Positions 1 to 9,565 of a stretch of 64,000 nucleotides of DNA are shown piece by piece. Numbering within the stretch: position 1 is the first letter of the stretch; the number at the start of each line of letters is the position of its first letter. The DNA comes from Pseudogracilibacillus sp. (lineage in GTDB: Bacteria; Bacillota; Bacilli; Bacillales; Amphibacillaceae), in the NCBI GenBank assembly GCA_035301645.1, contig DATGTX010000026.1:805-64804 (forward strand), written 5' to 3'. The notes under the pieces were generated by a model that was not told where the DNA came from, made no database searches, and saw nothing but the letters and a program-made list of their open reading frames with translations. A program made the position numbers and the translations under genes.

Positions 1-84
1 GGAGAAATAATCGAAATAGGCAGTCATGATGAATTAATGAGTTTGCAGGGCGAATACTATCGTCTTTATGCAAACCCAAGTTAA
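1..84 (+). CDS. C-terminal end of ABC transporter ATP-binding/permease protein (partial)
   Basis: Frame 1 reads GEIIEIGSHDELMSLQGEYYRLYANPS-stop, the typical GxHxEL...G.Y..LY tail of ABC exporters. Confidence 0.85.
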   Translation, partial: GEIIEIGSHDELMSLQGEYYRLYANPS

Positions 85-149
85 AGCTAATTAATCAGTT
101 TCAATTATAAATTGTGATACGATTAATATATCAAGAGGAGGCGTTTATT

Positions 150-875
150 ATCGCACGCGATGGAGTAATGTTTGAAAAAGAAATAAAGAGTAAATATTTA
201 AATGAAACACTTGCTTTAAAATTTTACCAACCTGAAGAGCTTGATTTAATTTATGAAACAAATGTGTGTATTATGCAAGACGGAAATGACTATTTTAATT
301 TAGGCAAAGTCGCCACTATCAGTGATAAATTACACGATGAATTAGATATCACTAATACAATTTTTATCGGGATTCATTATATTGATCGCTTTGACCGAAG
401 AGATAAATATCATCCTGAAGGTGAAAAGTACGAAAATTATAAAAAATTTCTTGTTAATGAAGTTATTCCTTTTGTTACTGAAGAATTACCGATTAATCCA
501 CTAGGCGAAAAGTGGACATTAATGGGAGACTCTTTAGCAGGTACTTTAGCATTTTTAACAGCTATCGAAAATCAACATTTATTTGATAATATTATTATGC
601 AATCGCCTTTAGTTAATGACTTTGTTATCGAGTCTGCAAAACAGTTATCTAGCAATACAGATTTAGAAGTTTATCACACAATTGGCTTAAAAGAGACAGA
701 TGTAGGTACAACTGCGGATGGTAAAATTGATTTTGTTACACCTAATCAAAAGCTGCATGAAGTGTTGGACTCTAAGAACTTAATCTACCACTATTATGAG
801 TTCCCAGAGGGTATTCATACTTGGAAGTATTGGCAACAAGATTTACCACATGCATTAAGTGTGATTTTTAATTAA
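150..875 (+). CDS. yjcH: alpha/beta-hydrolase esterase, YjcH-like
   Basis: GDSLAG nucleophile elbow, GIHTW His motif, yjcH-yjcG-yjcF order; start uncertain (track 114; SD AGGAGG at 136-141 points to in-frame ATC at 150). Confidence 0.85.
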   Translation: MARDGVMFEKEIKSKYLNETLALKFYQPEELDLIYETNVCIMQDGNDYFNLGKVATISDKLHDELDITNTIFIGIHYIDRFDRRDKYHPEGEKYENYKKFLVNEVIPFVTEELPINPLGEKWTLMGDSLAGTLAFLTAIENQHLFDNIIMQSPLVNDFVIESAKQLSSNTDLEVYHTIGLKETDVGTTADGKIDFVTPNQKLHEVLDSKNLIYHYYEFPEGIHTWKYWQQDLPHALSVIFN

Positions 876-990
876 TTTTAATGATAGTGGATAAACATAT
901 TCAATATCACTAATTTTTCACTAGGCTGTTTAATCTAATTATTATTTGGTATACTTTTATTATAGATTTGTTATGAGGAGGAATTATCTA

Positions 991-1500
991 ATGAAATGTG
1001 GCATCGTTATTTATCCAGCAAAAGTCCTTCAAGACGAAGTGAATAATCTAAGAAAAAGATATGACCCAGAATATGCGCTTATTAAACCACATATTACTTT
1101 AAAAACAAAATTTGACGCTGATAAAAATTTACTCTCAAAATTAACAGATGAATTAAATGAAATAACCAAAAACATACAACCTTTTGATATAAATATAAAA
1201 AAAGTAAGTTCTTTTCAACCCGTTTCTAATAAAATTTATTTTAAAATAGAACCAAATGATAATTTGGAAAAATTACATGACAGCTTATACAATGGTGTGC
1301 TTCCTAAAGAAAAGTTTATAACTTTTGTTCCTCATATTACTATTGCACATGATTTAAACACAGATGAGTTTTCAGATATATATACAACCTTAAGTATGAA
1401 AGATTATAACTACACTGATACACTTGATAGTTTAGAAATTGGTTATGAATCAGACGATGGCTCATGGAAGACCTATAAAAGCTTTAATTTTGGAGGTTAA
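991..1500 (+). CDS. yjcG: 2H phosphoesterase (2'-5' RNA ligase family), YjcG
   Basis: Two HxT motifs (PHITL, PHITI); GAGGAGG SD before ATG 991. Confidence 0.9.
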   Translation: MKCGIVIYPAKVLQDEVNNLRKRYDPEYALIKPHITLKTKFDADKNLLSKLTDELNEITKNIQPFDINIKKVSSFQPVSNKIYFKIEPNDNLEKLHDSLYNGVLPKEKFITFVPHITIAHDLNTDEFSDIYTTLSMKDYNYTDTLDSLEIGYESDDGSWKTYKSFNFGG

Positions 1501-1502
1501 GA

Positions 1503-1931
1503 ATGAATGTTAATGTAGTAGAAAGTAAATTAGATTTAGAAAAAGTCTTTGAAATTAGGCGTTCGGTTTTCGTCACTGAACAAAAAGTACCTCTAGAAGA
1601 AGAAATTGATGAGTTTGACACGAGTGATTCTGTTATTCATCTATTAGGTATGCATAATAATCTACCAGTTGCAGCTAGTCGCATTCGATTTGTAGATGAT
1701 TATGCTAAATTAGAACGTATCGCTGTTTTAAAAGAATTTCGCGGCATGAATTTTGGAGCAGAAATGGTTATTAGCATGGAAGCTGTTATTTTAAATCACG
1801 ATTGTAAACAAGCGGTTTTAAATGCACAAACATATGCAGAAGATTTTTATAAAAAATTAGGCTATACAACAGTATCTGATGTTTTTATGGATGCTGGTAT
1901 TCCTCATGTCACAATGAATAAAACTTTATAA
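1503..1931 (+). CDS. yjcF: GNAT N-acetyltransferase, YjcF/ElaA-like
   Basis: IRRSVFVTEQKVP, RIAVLKEFRG, FYKKLGY, DAGIPH motifs. Confidence 0.9.
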   Translation: MNVNVVESKLDLEKVFEIRRSVFVTEQKVPLEEEIDEFDTSDSVIHLLGMHNNLPVAASRIRFVDDYAKLERIAVLKEFRGMNFGAEMVISMEAVILNHDCKQAVLNAQTYAEDFYKKLGYTTVSDVFMDAGIPHVTMNKTL

Positions 1932-1972
1932 AAAAATAGACTTTAAGCTTTTTTGCTTAAAGTCTATTTTTT
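1931..1972. terminator. Bidirectional intrinsic terminator
   Basis: AAAAAATAGACTTTAAGC-loop-GCTTAAAGTCTATTTTTT between convergent yjcF and mgtE. Confidence 0.9.
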
Positions 1973-3323
1973 ATAATAATAAGCTCATAAATGTTGTTGC
2001 AAGACCAAAGTAAATTAAAACAGATGTAATATCATTCAAAGTGGTAATAAATGGCCCTGAAGCAACAGCTGGATCAATATTTAATTTCTCCATGAAAAGT
2101 GGTATAAGTGCACCTGACAGAGTTGCTACAATTAATGTAACAAATATAGCCGCTCCTACGAGTGCGCCTAAATAAAAGTTCCCTTTCCAAACTGTAATTA
2201 CTAAAGTTATCAAAATAGCTATTGTGATACCAATTATTAATCCAGTTAATGCTTCTTTTAAAATTAAAACTACTTTACTACCTTTGCCATACTCACCTGT
2301 TGCAATACCACGGACAGCTACAGCAAGCGACTGAGTCCCTGCATTTCCAGCCATTCCAGCAATAAGCGGAATAAAGATTGCTACAATTGGAACTTTCTCT
2401 AACGTTTCTTCAAAACTGCCGATTAAACTCGCGGTAATAATCCCTAAAAACATTAAAATAATTAACCATGGTAAACGTTTTTTAGCAGATTGAATTGGCA
2501 TAGAATCAGGACTATCTATTTCAGAAATAGCTGCCAATTTAGAATAATCTTCATGTGCCTCAGCATCCATGACATCTAAAATATCATCAACTGTAATTAT
2601 TCCTAAAAGATGATTTTGGAAGTCTACTACAGGTAATGCTAAAAAGTCATAATCTCTTATCATTCGAGCAACTTCTTCTTGATCTCTTCCTGCTGATACT
2701 GAAACGACGTTTTCACTCATAATATCATCAACTAAGTCATCGGGCTCTGCAATAACTAAACTTCTTAAAGAAAGTACACCGACTAAGCGCTTGTCGTCAT
2801 CTAAAACATACGTATAATAGATTGTTTCAGCATCAGGCGCTTCAATTTTCATTTGTTTAAATGTTTCTTCAACAGTTTGGTATCTAAATACAGATACATA
2901 CTCTGTTGTCATTATACTACCAGCAGTCTTATCTTCATAATGAAGAAGCGACTTTATTTCTGTGACAGCTTCTCTATCCATAAGTGCTAAAAAGCTGGCT
3001 ATTTCATCCTTATCCAATTCTTGCAATATGTCTACAGCATCATCATAGGGCATTTCTGAAAATACCATTGCTGCATATTTAGGGTCCATCTCAGTAATAT
3101 AAAATTCGATTTCATCTATATCAATATTTTTAATTATATTAGAGACTTCACGTGGTGATAAGTAATTATAAATTTTTAAACGAACATCTCGAGTTTGTTC
3201 TTTAAAAAAGACAGCTTGGTCATAAGGTAATAAATCTAAATACTCTTTTCGAAAGCCTTCAGTCTCCTCATCATTCAATAATTCTAACAAAACTCTTCTA
3301 TGTAGTTCTGTAGTTTTTGTCAC
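1971..3323 (-). CDS. mgtE: Magnesium transporter MgtE
   Basis: MgtE N-domain, CBS pair, AGNAGTQ and DPAVASGPFITTLND motifs; GGAAGGTG SD favours GTG 3323 (track 3332). Confidence 0.95.
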   Translation of the reverse strand: MTKTTELHRRVLLELLNDEETEGFRKEYLDLLPYDQAVFFKEQTRDVRLKIYNYLSPREVSNIIKNIDIDEIEFYITEMDPKYAAMVFSEMPYDDAVDILQELDKDEIASFLALMDREAVTEIKSLLHYEDKTAGSIMTTEYVSVFRYQTVEETFKQMKIEAPDAETIYYTYVLDDDKRLVGVLSLRSLVIAEPDDLVDDIMSENVVSVSAGRDQEEVARMIRDYDFLALPVVDFQNHLLGIITVDDILDVMDAEAHEDYSKLAAISEIDSPDSMPIQSAKKRLPWLIILMFLGIITASLIGSFEETLEKVPIVAIFIPLIAGMAGNAGTQSLAVAVRGIATGEYGKGSKVVLILKEALTGLIIGITIAILITLVITVWKGNFYLGALVGAAIFVTLIVATLSGALIPLFMEKLNIDPAVASGPFITTLNDITSVLIYFGLATTFMSLLL

Positions 3324-3380
3324 TTTTATCACCTTCCAAATCAGTCAATTTAAATTTTTTATTAATCCAATTAATTATGA

Positions 3381-4259
3381 TTATTTTTCAACTAATTTCG
3401 CAAAATCATTAGGTAGAAAAGCATCTATTTGAAGCTTTTTTTGTGTAATTGGATGAGTAAATGTTAATGTTTTACAATGAAGTGCTTGGCGTTTTATATA
3501 CTTTGAAGTTTCGCCATATAAGTCGTCTCCTACTAAAGGGTAACCTAAATATGAAAAATGGACTCTTATCTGGTGTGTTCTTCCAGTCTCAAGTGTCATT
3601 TGCACATAAGAGTAGTCTTCAAATTCTTCCAGTACTTTATAATGGGTGATTGCTTTTTGTCCTGCTTTACTTACTTCTCTTTCAATAATAGAATCAACCC
3701 TACGCCCTATTGGATAATTAATCGTTCCCGCATTATTCGGTATATGCCCTTCAATCAGACCAACGTAAACACGATTTATTTCACCTGTTAATTGTAAGTT
3801 TGCTAAAAGAGAATGAGCATATTGGTGTTTTGCTACAAGTACAAGCCCTGATGTGTCACGGTCGAGGCGCGTAACGATATGCACAGTATAAGGTAATTCA
3901 TTTAACTGATAATAATAAAGTATGCCATTTGCAAGTGAGGTTTCCCGCTGTTTAACAGACGGAACTGTCGCTATGCCAGATTCTTTATTTAACACCATTA
4001 AATGATCATCTTCATAAATAATATCGAGTGGAAGCTCAGTTGCTTTTAAAGAAGTGTCATTTGCTTCAAGTGGAAACCTGATAGCTATATGATCACCTTC
4101 AGTTATTTTATATCTTACCGTTCGATGCTTGCCGTTAACTGTTAATAAAGCATCAGACGATTTAGCTAACTTTATTAATCGATTAGAAAAATAAACTTCT
4201 TCATATAAATAAACAGATAATCTTTTTTCTGCTGTTATATTACTCACTGTCCAAGACAT
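3381..4259 (-). CDS. yjbO: RluA-family pseudouridine synthase
   Basis: TRLDRDTSG catalytic Asp motif, TGRTHQIRVH, GDDLYG; follows NAD kinase; likely start ATG 4259. Confidence 0.92.
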   Translation of the reverse strand: MSWTVSNITAEKRLSVYLYEEVYFSNRLIKLAKSSDALLTVNGKHRTVRYKITEGDHIAIRFPLEANDTSLKATELPLDIIYEDDHLMVLNKESGIATVPSVKQRETSLANGILYYYQLNELPYTVHIVTRLDRDTSGLVLVAKHQYAHSLLANLQLTGEINRVYVGLIEGHIPNNAGTINYPIGRRVDSIIEREVSKAGQKAITHYKVLEEFEDYSYVQMTLETGRTHQIRVHFSYLGYPLVGDDLYGETSKYIKRQALHCKTLTFTHPITQKKLQIDAFLPNDFAKLVEK

Positions 4260-4311
4260 GGTTTGACCACTGATTTTAAAGTCCTTTAACCGAGCAGCTA
4301 AGCTAACCAAT

Positions 4312-5127
4312 TTAACCATCGAAATGAATTTCTGAGACGAAGGAATCACGGACACGATTCCAAAATGGGAAGGGACGATATCTCACAAAACGAACACGCT
4401 CTTTTGCTACACGGCATTGGATTGATTTAACATTAGAATACGTGTCAGTTGTATGATCGATTGCAATTAAAAAACTTTTATCTGCATCATGCAAAGGACT
4501 AAGTAAACATGTATGATGTTTTGGTAATATTAAAGGTGAACCAATCGTCCGGAATACACGGTTGTTAATTGATGCAATCTCTGTCATTTGAATCGCTTCA
4601 AGAGAGGGATGAATAATACCACCACCTAAAGCTTTATTATAAGCTGTACTTCCTGATGGCGTCGAGATACATAACCCGTCTCCGCGGAATGTTTCAAAGT
4701 GTTCGCCTCTAATTTGCACGTCGAAAACAACAGAACCTTCTGCTGTTTTAATTGTTGCTTCATTTAAAGCTAAAATCCGAGTTGACTTTTCACCTGTATT
4801 TAATCTTATCGTAACCTCAAGTAATGGATATTCTACAATTTGAAAAGGTGTTTTTGCTATTTCAATAACAAGTCTTTCCACCTCGTCTGGTGTCCAATCT
4901 GCATAGAATCCTAAATGGCCTGTATGTACACCTATAAAAGCTGTCGTTTCAATACGGTGGACATACATTCTAAACGCTTCTAGAAAAGTACCATCTCCGC
5001 CTATTGAAATAACAAGTTCCGGCTCCTCTGTATCATAAATTAAATCAAATTCAGTTAAGTATTGCTTCATCGTTTGTTTAATATTATTAGATCGCTCATC
5101 CCCGCGAGATACGATTGCAAACTTCAT
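4312..5127 (-). CDS. ppnK: NAD kinase
   Basis: GGDG, NE and STPSGSTAY motifs; AGGAGG SD before ATG 5127. Confidence 0.95.
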   Translation of the reverse strand: MKFAIVSRGDERSNNIKQTMKQYLTEFDLIYDTEEPELVISIGGDGTFLEAFRMYVHRIETTAFIGVHTGHLGFYADWTPDEVERLVIEIAKTPFQIVEYPLLEVTIRLNTGEKSTRILALNEATIKTAEGSVVFDVQIRGEHFETFRGDGLCISTPSGSTAYNKALGGGIIHPSLEAIQMTEIASINNRVFRTIGSPLILPKHHTCLLSPLHDADKSFLIAIDHTTDTYSNVKSIQCRVAKERVRFVRYRPFPFWNRVRDSFVSEIHFDG

Positions 5128-5281
5128 AAATAATGCCCTCCTTAACATATTTAACTTTTATTTTAAAATTAAAATCATTCTACATCTATTTTACCATACT
5201 ATTTAAAAATGAATAATCTTTGCTTCTTTAACTCCTTTTAGCGATAATTATACTAATCGTTTTTATGAGGAGGCTACATTA

Positions 5282-5848
5282 ATGGAGCAAGAGATTGAAA
5301 TTGAATATAAAGTATTACTTTCTGAAGAAAAATTTAATGACATATTAAACTCACTTGAGTTTCCAAAGGAACCATTTACGCAAATAAATTATTATTTTGA
5401 AACGCCTGATTTTCAATTAAAAAAAATTAATTCAGCCCTAAGAATCAGAAAAAAGAACGTTGATTTCATAGTAACATTAAAAGAGCCACATCCAAAAGGT
5501 ATTTTAGAGACACATGACCAAATATCAGAAATGGATTTTAAAAAAGCCATTGACAAAAATGAGCTATTTGCTCCTAATTGTAGAAAACAACTCGAGGATA
5601 AGGATATTCCCCTAGAAAAAGTTGAATATGTAGGTTCTTTGACTACGGAAAGATATGAATTTAAGAAAAATGAATTAATTTACGTCTTAGATAAAAGCTT
5701 TTATAATGGCCAAATTGATTATGAATTAGAAATTGAAGCACCTTCACAAGCAACTGGAAAACAAATTTTCAATCAACTTCTGACACAATTTCAAATAAAA
5801 CAGTCGCCCCCTATAACAAAAATTGAACGTTTTTTCCAGACAATTTAA
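5282..5848 (+). CDS. yjbK: CYTH-domain triphosphatase, YjbK
   Basis: EIEYK N-terminal motif, ALRIR, YELEIE. Confidence 0.92.
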   Translation: MEQEIEIEYKVLLSEEKFNDILNSLEFPKEPFTQINYYFETPDFQLKKINSALRIRKKNVDFIVTLKEPHPKGILETHDQISEMDFKKAIDKNELFAPNCRKQLEDKDIPLEKVEYVGSLTTERYEFKKNELIYVLDKSFYNGQIDYELEIEAPSQATGKQIFNQLLTQFQIKQSPPITKIERFFQTI

Positions 5849-5858
5849 AACACTTTCT

Positions 5859-5887
5859 TTGCTAGACTATAGAACACTTGATAAAAT
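5859..5887 (+). promoter_or_regulatory. Putative sigma-A promoter of yjbIH
   Basis: TTGCTA-17 bp-TAAAAT with extended TG. Confidence 0.6.
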
Positions 5888-5913
5888 ATATGTGTATACT
5901 GTTAAAAAATTAA

Positions 5914-6010
5914 GAATATCCGGAAAATAGTGTGGAAAATAAAACGCTGTTTTCTTTTGCAAATAAAATGGATTGTTATCTTAAATTTCCACATCATAAT
6001 CCGAATACCC
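5914..6010. mobile_element. MITE-like element copy 1 (97 bp, internally deleted)
   Basis: Imperfect 25-bp TIRs; flanked by AAAATTAA at 5906-5913 and 6011-6018; last 37 bp match 33744-33780 at 36/37. Confidence 0.85.
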
Positions 6011-6036
6011 AAAATTAATAAGTTAGGAGTAATCAT

Positions 6037-6435
6037 ATGACGGTTCCAGGGACTATATACGAAGCAATTGGCGGTCAAGATACAGTTGATCAAATTGCTA
6101 AAAATTTATATAAATACGTTGCAACTGAACCAATCTTAATGGAGATATTCCCTCCTGATCTAAGTGAAGCAGAAAGAAAACAAAGGTTATTCTTAACACA
6201 ATTATTTGGAGGTCCACAATTATATCTAGAAGATCGTGGTCATCCAATGTTAAGAAGACGCCATTTAGAATTCGAAGTAACAGACGAACGTAAAGTATTA
6301 TGGTTAAAGTGTATGAATAAATCACTTGAAGAAACTGGTGTTGAAGAACCATATCGCACTGCTATATTCGAAAGACTTTCGAAGACTGCTGAACATATGG
6401 TTAATACGGAAACTAATCCTATTGTCCCGAATTAA
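6037..6435 (+). CDS. yjbI: Group II truncated hemoglobin YjbI
   Basis: YEAIGG, FLTQLFGGPQLY, GHPMLRRRH motifs. Confidence 0.95.
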   Translation: MTVPGTIYEAIGGQDTVDQIAKNLYKYVATEPILMEIFPPDLSEAERKQRLFLTQLFGGPQLYLEDRGHPMLRRRHLEFEVTDERKVLWLKCMNKSLEETGVEEPYRTAIFERLSKTAEHMVNTETNPIVPN

Positions 6436-6473
6436 ATGTACGTTGTTATTTTCGGATGAAAGGGAGTGCTTTT

Positions 6474-7262
6474 GTGGCATGGAAAAGTAAAGAAGATAAC
6501 ATAATAGAATTTGATTTTAACACGGTTTATAAGCCCATTATTATTTATCAATTTATTAATCCATTTTGTCATAATTGTTGGCAACTTGAAATAATCATGA
6601 AAAAGTTAGCCTTGGAATATGGACAATTTTTCACCGTTAGACCTATTATATCTATTGATTCTTCATCTCCCCAAAAAATAATCCAGCAAAACATTTGTTT
6701 TTTAAAACAAAACTTAGGGCTCGCAATAAAAGCAGCTGGATTACAAGGGAATAAAGCTGGTCGACAATTTCTCGGTAAAATACAAGAAGGTTACTTTCTT
6801 TATGATGATGACTTCTTGAATGATGAAGTTCTTTTAAATTACGCAGAACTTATAGATTTAGATTTAAATGAGTTTTCAAATGACATCTTTTCTAACTCAG
6901 CTAAAAAAGCTTACCAAACTGATGTGAAGCTTATAAAAGAAATGAACATTAAAGAATTTCCTTCATTAGTCTTTTCTAGTAAACATAATGAACAGCATAA
7001 CTTAAAAATAACTGGACTAGCTGATTATAATTCTTATGTGCATTTATTATCTAAATTACTAGATAATAAACCTAAACCGCAAAATAAACCATCTGTTCAT
7101 GCTTTTTTAAAAGAACAAGGCTTACTTAGTTTAGAAAATATTGCCTTTATTTATGATTGGCCACTTGAGAAAACAAAAATAATATTAAATGAATTAAAAC
7201 TAAAAGGTCAAGTTGAAGAATTAACTATTTTATCAAGAAAATATTGGTCTTCTCAAATTTAA
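6474..7262 (+). CDS. yjbH: ClpXP adaptor SpxH/YjbH (DsbA-like fold)
   Basis: PFCHNCW CxxC, AIKAAGLQG..AGR.FL, FPSLVF; follows yjbI; likely GTG start 6474. Confidence 0.9.
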   Translation: MAWKSKEDNIIEFDFNTVYKPIIIYQFINPFCHNCWQLEIIMKKLALEYGQFFTVRPIISIDSSSPQKIIQQNICFLKQNLGLAIKAAGLQGNKAGRQFLGKIQEGYFLYDDDFLNDEVLLNYAELIDLDLNEFSNDIFSNSAKKAYQTDVKLIKEMNIKEFPSLVFSSKHNEQHNLKITGLADYNSYVHLLSKLLDNKPKPQNKPSVHAFLKEQGLLSLENIAFIYDWPLEKTKIILNELKLKGQVEELTILSRKYWSSQI

Positions 7263-7300
7263 AAGACCTTATACATAATTTATGTATAAGGTCTTTTTTT
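7261..7300. terminator. Bidirectional intrinsic terminator
   Basis: AAAAGACCTTATACATA / TATGTATAAGGTCTTTT stem with A and T tracts. Confidence 0.9.
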
Positions 7301-7303
7301 GTT

Positions 7304-7405
7304 TTATCTGAAATCTCTTGTCTCTTCAGCATATCTACTTGCAATAGCATAACCTAAAATTCCTGCGATTGATAAGAGTATAACATTACAAAAACTTTTT
7401 CTCAT
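7304..7405 (-). CDS. Small single-TM protein, 33 aa (MRKSFCNVILLSIAGILGYAIASRYAEETRDFR)
   Basis: Not in ORF track; GAGGAAGGTGG SD 7 nt before ATG; fills the gap between ndh stop and the terminator. Confidence 0.7.
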   Translation of the reverse strand: MRKSFCNVILLSIAGILGYAIASRYAEETRDFR

Positions 7406-7450
7406 CTGTTTGCCACCTTCCTCTTATTAAATATATTTATCAAATTTATA

Positions 7451-8665
7451 TTAGAATGGACGGTATTTACCTTTTTTAAGCAATACTTTTGGCCCACCAA
7501 GTAAGAATAATGAACGGTTGTCAACGACCATTTTCATAGCAGCTGCTGGCTTACCTTTTAGTTCTTTACCTGAAAACACATTTCCAATAGCATCAGTAAC
7601 GCCAAGTGATGCTACAGTTCCACGATCTTCAAATATAAACTCACTTAAAGGCTCTCCATGTAATAATGATTTGATATTTGAAGCACATACTTCTGCATGT
7701 TGCATAGCAGCTTGTGCAGTAGGTGGGAATGGACGATCTGCTTCTTTATCCATAACCCAAGCACAGTCTCCTAAAATGAAGATGTCTTCTTCACCAGGGG
7801 CACGTAAATCACCATCAACTGTTACTTTTCCTCTTGTAAGTTCAAAACCTGATTCTGTTAGTACAGGGCTACCTGTTACGCCACCAGTCCAAATAATTGT
7901 TCCAGCTTTAATTTCTTCATTATCTTCACCAACAATAAAGCTATCTGGAGTACATTCATTAATGGCTGTTCCTAATCTAAACTCCACACCACGATCTTCT
8001 AAAGATTTAGTTGCATAAGCAACAAGGTCTTTATCAAACATTGGTAGGATAGAAGGCATTGCTTCAACATTAATAATTTTTACTTTACTACGGTTTATAT
8101 CATATTTTTTACATAATTCTGGAACTCTTTCAGCAAGCTCTCCTAGTAACTCAATACCAGTGAAACCTGCTCCACCTACTAAGATAGTTAAATCATCTGT
8201 GTTTTGTTCTTCAGAATTTTTATATGAAGCGAATTGATATTCAATATGATCACGGATTTCGCGACTTGAATCAATATCAACAATCGATAAAGCATTCTCT
8301 TCCATTCCTTTAATACCAAACGTATTTGATTTGAAACCAAGTGCCATTACTAAGTAATCGTAAGTGATTTCTCCATTTTCTAAAATAACACGCTTGTCTT
8401 CTTTTTCTACTTTAACTACAGAATCATAAATTAAACGTGCACGATTTGGGCTAATTACATCACTAATCATAAAACGTGCTTGGTTAGGGTTAATTGTGCC
8501 TGCTGCAACTTCATGCAACCAAGTTGTTTCATAATGGTAATTATGTTTGTTAACTAAAACTAAATCTGCCTCTTCAGGGTCTAAAATTTTTGTTAAACGT
8601 TTAGCAGTCATAAGTCCAGCATAACCTGCTCCTAATATGACTATTTTTGGTTTATTGCTATTCAT
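7451..8665 (-). CDS. ndh: Type II NADH:quinone oxidoreductase (NDH-2, YumB/Ndh-like)
   Basis: GAGYAG and GAGFTG Rossmann motifs, LHEVAAG, GDCA, PPTAQAAMQ; SD favours ATG 8665. Confidence 0.9.
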   Translation of the reverse strand: MNSNKPKIVILGAGYAGLMTAKRLTKILDPEEADLVLVNKHNYHYETTWLHEVAAGTINPNQARFMISDVISPNRARLIYDSVVKVEKEDKRVILENGEITYDYLVMALGFKSNTFGIKGMEENALSIVDIDSSREIRDHIEYQFASYKNSEEQNTDDLTILVGGAGFTGIELLGELAERVPELCKKYDINRSKVKIINVEAMPSILPMFDKDLVAYATKSLEDRGVEFRLGTAINECTPDSFIVGEDNEEIKAGTIIWTGGVTGSPVLTESGFELTRGKVTVDGDLRAPGEEDIFILGDCAWVMDKEADRPFPPTAQAAMQHAEVCASNIKSLLHGEPLSEFIFEDRGTVASLGVTDAIGNVFSGKELKGKPAAAMKMVVDNRSLFLLGGPKVLLKKGKYRPF

Positions 8666-8764
8666 TGATACATCCACCTTTCTAAGATTCATAATAAATT
8701 ATAAAAGAAAATAGAAGCTTTCTACCATTTTTAATTATAGAGCCAATAAAATTGACTCTTCTTT

Positions 8765-8794
8765 ATTATAACAAGTTAATAAAATATTAAACAA
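8765..8794 (-). promoter_or_regulatory. Putative sigma-A promoter of ndh
   Basis: TTGTTT-18 bp-TATAAT with extended TG. Confidence 0.55.
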
Positions 8795-8855
8795 CCCTCT
8801 TAATAATAACAAATATTAATTAATTTGGCTATCTATCAATTTGATCATATCAAAT

Positions 8856-9545
8856 TTAATTTGGTCTGATTGTTAACTCATTAACATTCACATAATTTGG
8901 TTGAGATAACGCGTAAAGCACACCATTTGCAATGTCTACTGCTTCTAACGGCTTACGGTTCATTTCTTGACGATTAGGTGACAGGTTTGTATCCACCATG
9001 CCTGGTGATATATTCGTAATTCTTACTCCTGTTCTAGCAAGTTCTTTTTCAAGCCCTTGTGAGATTGCTCGTACGGCAAATTTTGTTGCACTATAAACTG
9101 TACTTTTCTTCGTAACTTCATGGCCGGAGACAGATGAGATATTAATAATATGACCTGCCCCATTTTCAATCATATCTGGAATAACTAAAGAAGTTCCATA
9201 AAGAACACCTTTAATATTTACATCTATCATTTGTTCCCAACTTGTAACGTTACCTTTTACAACCTCAGAATCGAGCATAACGCCAGCATTATTAATATAC
9301 CCATAAATCGAACCAAACTTGTCTTTTACATCATTCACCATGTCCTCCACTTGTGATTGACTACTGACATCTACTTGATAAAAAGTGGCTGAATGGGAAG
9401 CCATCTCATTAATTTCTTTGGTGACTTTTTCTAATCTTTCTTTATTTCTAGCAACTAAAATAACGCGGTAGTCATTCTCTGCTAATTTTTTTGCGATCGC
9501 TTCACCAATCCCTGTGCTTGCACCTGTAATAACTATAGTTTTCAC
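8856..9545 (-). CDS. SDR-family oxidoreductase
   Basis: TGASTGIG, NNAG, YSATK motifs. Confidence 0.92.
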   Translation of the reverse strand: MKTIVITGASTGIGEAIAKKLAENDYRVILVARNKERLEKVTKEINEMASHSATFYQVDVSSQSQVEDMVNDVKDKFGSIYGYINNAGVMLDSEVVKGNVTSWEQMIDVNIKGVLYGTSLVIPDMIENGAGHIINISSVSGHEVTKKSTVYSATKFAVRAISQGLEKELARTGVRITNISPGMVDTNLSPNRQEMNRKPLEAVDIANGVLYALSQPNYVNVNELTIRPN

Positions 9546-9565
9546 TTTGTATGAACCTCCTATTT

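Noticed and set aside
3324-3380. M-box riboswitch upstream of mgtE
   Set aside because: Only ~57 bp of AT-rich spacer; no room or motif, so mgtE is probably co-transcribed with ppnK-yjbO
5902-6093. 63-aa minus-strand ORF over the MITE
   Set aside because: No SD, antisense to yjbI, no transposase-like features; chance ORF
7518-8018. 166-aa plus-strand ORF inside ndh (and similar shadows at 21149, 28202, 39163, 46127, 51407, 54931, 57450, 62370)
   Set aside because: Antisense shadows of well-supported genes with Ser/Pro/Ile-rich composition and no SD
8666-8855. Rex operator upstream of ndh
   Set aside because: No convincing TTGTGAA-N4-TTCACAA match; only an unassigned imperfect palindrome AGAGCCAATAAAATTGACTCT
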